From positions 7,482 through 71,481 of the forward strand of contig CALWPL010000005.1 of assembly GCA_944383405.1 (NCBI GenBank): a stretch of 64,000 nucleotides of DNA, in the 5' to 3' direction. The position numbers and the translations under genes are program-made. Shown here piece by piece: positions 61,749 to 64,000 of the stretch; position 1 is the first letter of the stretch; each line of letters opens with the position of its first letter. The notes beneath the pieces are model-generated. The model had not been told where the DNA came from and searched no databases. It saw only the letters and a list, made by a program, of their open reading frames with translations. Source of the DNA: an uncultured Clostridia bacterium. Lineage in GTDB: Bacteria > Bacillota > Clostridia > Christensenellales > UBA1242.

Positions 61749-61794
61749 TACGAATGTTTTTCGTAAAGCAACTAAATAACGAAAATTCTTCGTA
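61749..61794. promoter_or_regulatory. Two palindromic operators WACGAA-N5-TTCGTA in divergent promoter region
   Basis: TACGAATGTTTTTCGTA (61749-61765) and AACGAAAATTCTTCGTA (61778-61794). Confidence 0.7.
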
Positions 61795-61804
61795 TAATTT
61801 TTAT

Positions 61805-62005
61805 ATGAGCATTGGGGAAAATATAAGGGAATTGAGAAAGGAAAGAAATCTAACGCAAGAAGCCCTTGCAAAACTTTTATTTGTTAGCCAAGATACAATT
61901 TCATTATGGGAACTTAATAAAAGTTTACCAGATATAAAATCTATTATTAAACTAACTCAAATATTTGGAGTTTCAAGTGATTATATTTTAGGTATTGAAA
62001 AATAG
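61805..62005 (+). CDS. XRE/Cro-C1 helix-turn-helix repressor (66 aa, leaderless)
   Basis: IRELRKERNLTQEALAKLLFVSQDTISLWELNKSLPD; TATAAT 6 nt before ATG 61805. Confidence 0.9.
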   Translation: MSIGENIRELRKERNLTQEALAKLLFVSQDTISLWELNKSLPDIKSIIKLTQIFGVSSDYILGIEK

Positions 62006-62010
62006 ATATT

Positions 62011-62042
62011 AAAAAAGCACTCTTGGCAATGAGTGCTTTTTA
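62011..62042. terminator. Intrinsic terminator, bidirectional
   Basis: AAAAAAGCACTC-TTGGCAAT-GAGTGCTTTTT. Confidence 0.8.
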
Positions 62043-62191
62043 TATTTTTAGGATGCAATAGATAGTAAAATAGACTGGAATATCATTGTAATGCAAAAAT
62101 GTATTTATTTTAGAACACAATAGACTATGAGTAAAATAGACTTTTTAGATATTAAGCATAAAATAAGTATAGAGGTTTATTTAATTTAGTA

Positions 62192-64000
62192 TTATTCGTC
62201 TTTAACTTTTACCCAAAGAGGTTTTAATAACTCAACTATAAAGAAGAAAACAATGTTTATTGCAATAACAAGAATAAATTGAAGAGGAGTAATAGGGACT
62301 AAACCGAAGACACTGCCAATACTTGTAAAGAACACAGGGATTTGTATTAATAGAATAATTAAGGTTGAAATATTTAAGAATTTATTATCAAATAGTCCTT
62401 TTTTAAAACTAGTTTCTTTAAGTTCTTTACAGTTGAAAGCAAATACAAGTTCATTGATAACAACAGATAATAATGCAAGGGTAGAAGCAACTTCATATCC
62501 ATACCAATTTTCTGCGACAAAGAAAACAATTAAAGATAAGCCTGCTTCAAGTATGGCGGAGCCAACTATGCCAGATACCATAAAAGGAGTAAAGACTCTT
62601 TTGTTTAGTCCATAAGGTTTTTGTTTCATAACATTTTTGCCATTTTTTTCATAGGCGAGTGCTATTGAAGGAATGGTATCAGCAATAATATCAATGTACA
62701 ATATGTGAAGTGGGGAAATAATGTCTCTGAGGAGTATCATGCCGGCAATTATTAAGAATATTTCTGCAAAGTTTGATGAAAGGTTATACAAAATTGTCTT
62801 TATGACATTATTATAAATTCTTCTGCCTTCTTCAACGGCTGTTACAATGGTAGCAAAACTATCGTCCATTAAAATTATGTCTGCAACATTTTTAGTAACA
62901 TCTGTTCCAGCCTTGCCCATGCCGACACCGACATGTGCTAGTTTTAATGCTGGTGCATCATTTACACCATCTCCTGTCATGGCGACCACTTTTCCGCCGC
63001 TTTGAAGGGCACGAACTATTCTAACTTTGTGTTCGGGAGTAACTCTTGCAAATACTGTATACTTTTTAACGAAACTTACCAGTTGGTCGTCTGTTAGGGC
63101 GTCTAGTTTTTTTCCTTCAATACCTTGGGTGTTATTTGTTGCAATCCCTACATCTATAGCAACAGCCATAGCGGTTGTTAGGCTATCTCCGGTTATCATT
63201 ACTGCTTTTAGTTTTGCTTCCTTACATTTTTTGACTGCTTCTTTCACACTGTCTTTTGGCGGGTCTATCATGCCTACAAGCCCGACAAAAATAAAATCAT
63301 TTTCATCATTTATTGAATATTCTTTTTTCTCATCTATTTCTTTATAGCAACAGGCAAGAACTTTATACGCCTTTTTACTCATTTGTTTTTCTTTTGCTAA
63401 AAACTTCTTTGCAATGTGTGGAGTAAGGGGATAAGTTTTCCCGTTTTTATAATATTTTGTGCATTTTGTTAAAAGTTCGCTAAGGCTACCTTTTGTTAAC
63501 ATTAAGATTTTATCGTTTACTTTATTTATAGAACTCATTATTTTTCTTGTTGAGTCAAAAGGGAGTTCGGATATTCTCTTGTAATTTTTTCTAAGGGTAT
63601 CAAGTTTGATATTTAGGTTATCAAGGTATTTGCTAAATGCTACTTCAACTGGGTCTCCTATAAACTCTCCTTCTTTTTCTATATTTACTTGGTTATCATT
63701 GCAAAGACCAATTATTTTTTGCAACATATCCAAACTTTTATCATTAGTTTTTACATCAATATAAGTTTTTTCATTTGTGTAAATTTCAACAAGTGTCATC
63801 TGATTTGTTGTAATTGTACCTGTTTTATCCGAGCAAATTATTTGGGTTGCGCCAAGCGTTTCAATCGCTGCAAGTTGTTTTACAATTGTTTTTTTCTTTG
63901 ACATTTGTTGTACGCCAATAGTTAATGTTGCAGTTATTGATACTGGAAGTACTTCTGGTACTGACGCAAGGACCATTGAAATGCATAACATTATTATAGA
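62192..64000 (-). CDS. P-type cation-transporting ATPase (type IIA, Ca2+-like), N-terminus outside window
   Basis: VPEVL, DKTGT phosphorylation site, FDSTRK, DPPK, MITGD, TGDGVNDAPAL; frame open to window end. Confidence 0.93.
   Translation of the reverse strand, partial: SIIMLCISMVLASVPEVLPVSITATLTIGVQQMSKKKTIVKQLAAIETLGATQIICSDKTGTITTNQMTLVEIYTNEKTYIDVKTNDKSLDMLQKIIGLCNDNQVNIEKEGEFIGDPVEVAFSKYLDNLNIKLDTLRKNYKRISELPFDSTRKIMSSINKVNDKILMLTKGSLSELLTKCTKYYKNGKTYPLTPHIAKKFLAKEKQMSKKAYKVLACCYKEIDEKKEYSINDENDFIFVGLVGMIDPPKDSVKEAVKKCKEAKLKAVMITGDSLTTAMAVAIDVGIATNNTQGIEGKKLDALTDDQLVSFVKKYTVFARVTPEHKVRIVRALQSGGKVVAMTGDGVNDAPALKLAHVGVGMGKAGTDVTKNVADIILMDDSFATIVTAVEEGRRIYNNVIKTILYNLSSNFAEIFLIIAGMILLRDIISPLHILYIDIIADTIPSIALAYEKNGKNVMKQKPYGLNKRVFTPFMVSGIVGSAILEAGLSLIVFFVAENWYGYEVASTLALLSVVINELVFAFNCKELKETSFKKGLFDNKFLNISTLIILLIQIPVFFTSIGSVFGLVPITPLQFILVIAINIVFFFIVELLKPLWVKVKDE

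Noticed and set aside
61749-61794. Gram-positive SOS (LexA) boxes
   Set aside because: Sites are CGAA-N5-TTCG, one base shorter than CGAAC-N4-GTTCG and lacking the inner C/G; the adjacent XRE protein is the more likely binder
59756-62005. Prophage or integrative element
   Set aside because: Only HTH regulators and small genes; no integrase, replication or structural genes
62014-62039. CIRCE-like AGCACTC-N8-GAGTGCT
   Set aside because: Spacer is 8 rather than 9, flanks are A/T runs, and it lies between convergent genes, so it is better explained as a terminator

Overview
AT-rich Firmicutes-type chromosomal segment (sigmaA promoters, AGGAG Shine-Dalgarno sites, genetic code 11), probably from a Clostridia-like organism; the taxon is inferred, not determined. 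Housekeeping genes lie on both flanks: partial argS, an ABC-2 exporter, a ydjI/ydjG-like operon, a phosphohexomutase, dut, DUF1015, tex and a heterodimeric ABC exporter on the left; Fe-ADH, mscS, dCMP deaminase, YhhN, cca, FkbM, a lipid kinase, two XRE modules and a partial P-type ATPase on the right. Between them is one intact 34-kb gene (16963-50991, 11,342 aa). The protein has an N-terminal cytoplasmic tail with GxPPIK repeats, one membrane anchor, about 40-45 Listeria-Bacteroides (InlB-B) repeats, seven capped GGA(I/V)Y beta-helix modules and a BspA-type LRR block. It ends in an unexpected ~180-aa hydrophobic alpha-helical tip resembling a membrane-inserting domain. By eye, GATC occurs twice in the first 31.6 kb of the gene and six times in the last 2.45 kb, which suggests the tip is an exchanged cassette. 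The best candidate for a new system is therefore a cell-anchored giant stalk with a swappable membrane-active tip and no adjacent immunity gene. Also seen: a ~200-nt rod-shaped putative ncRNA upstream of the giant gene, a leader-ORF/terminator ahead of DUF1015-tex, paired operators at an XRE switch, and several leaderless genes. No CRISPR array, rRNA, tRNA or transposase was recognised.
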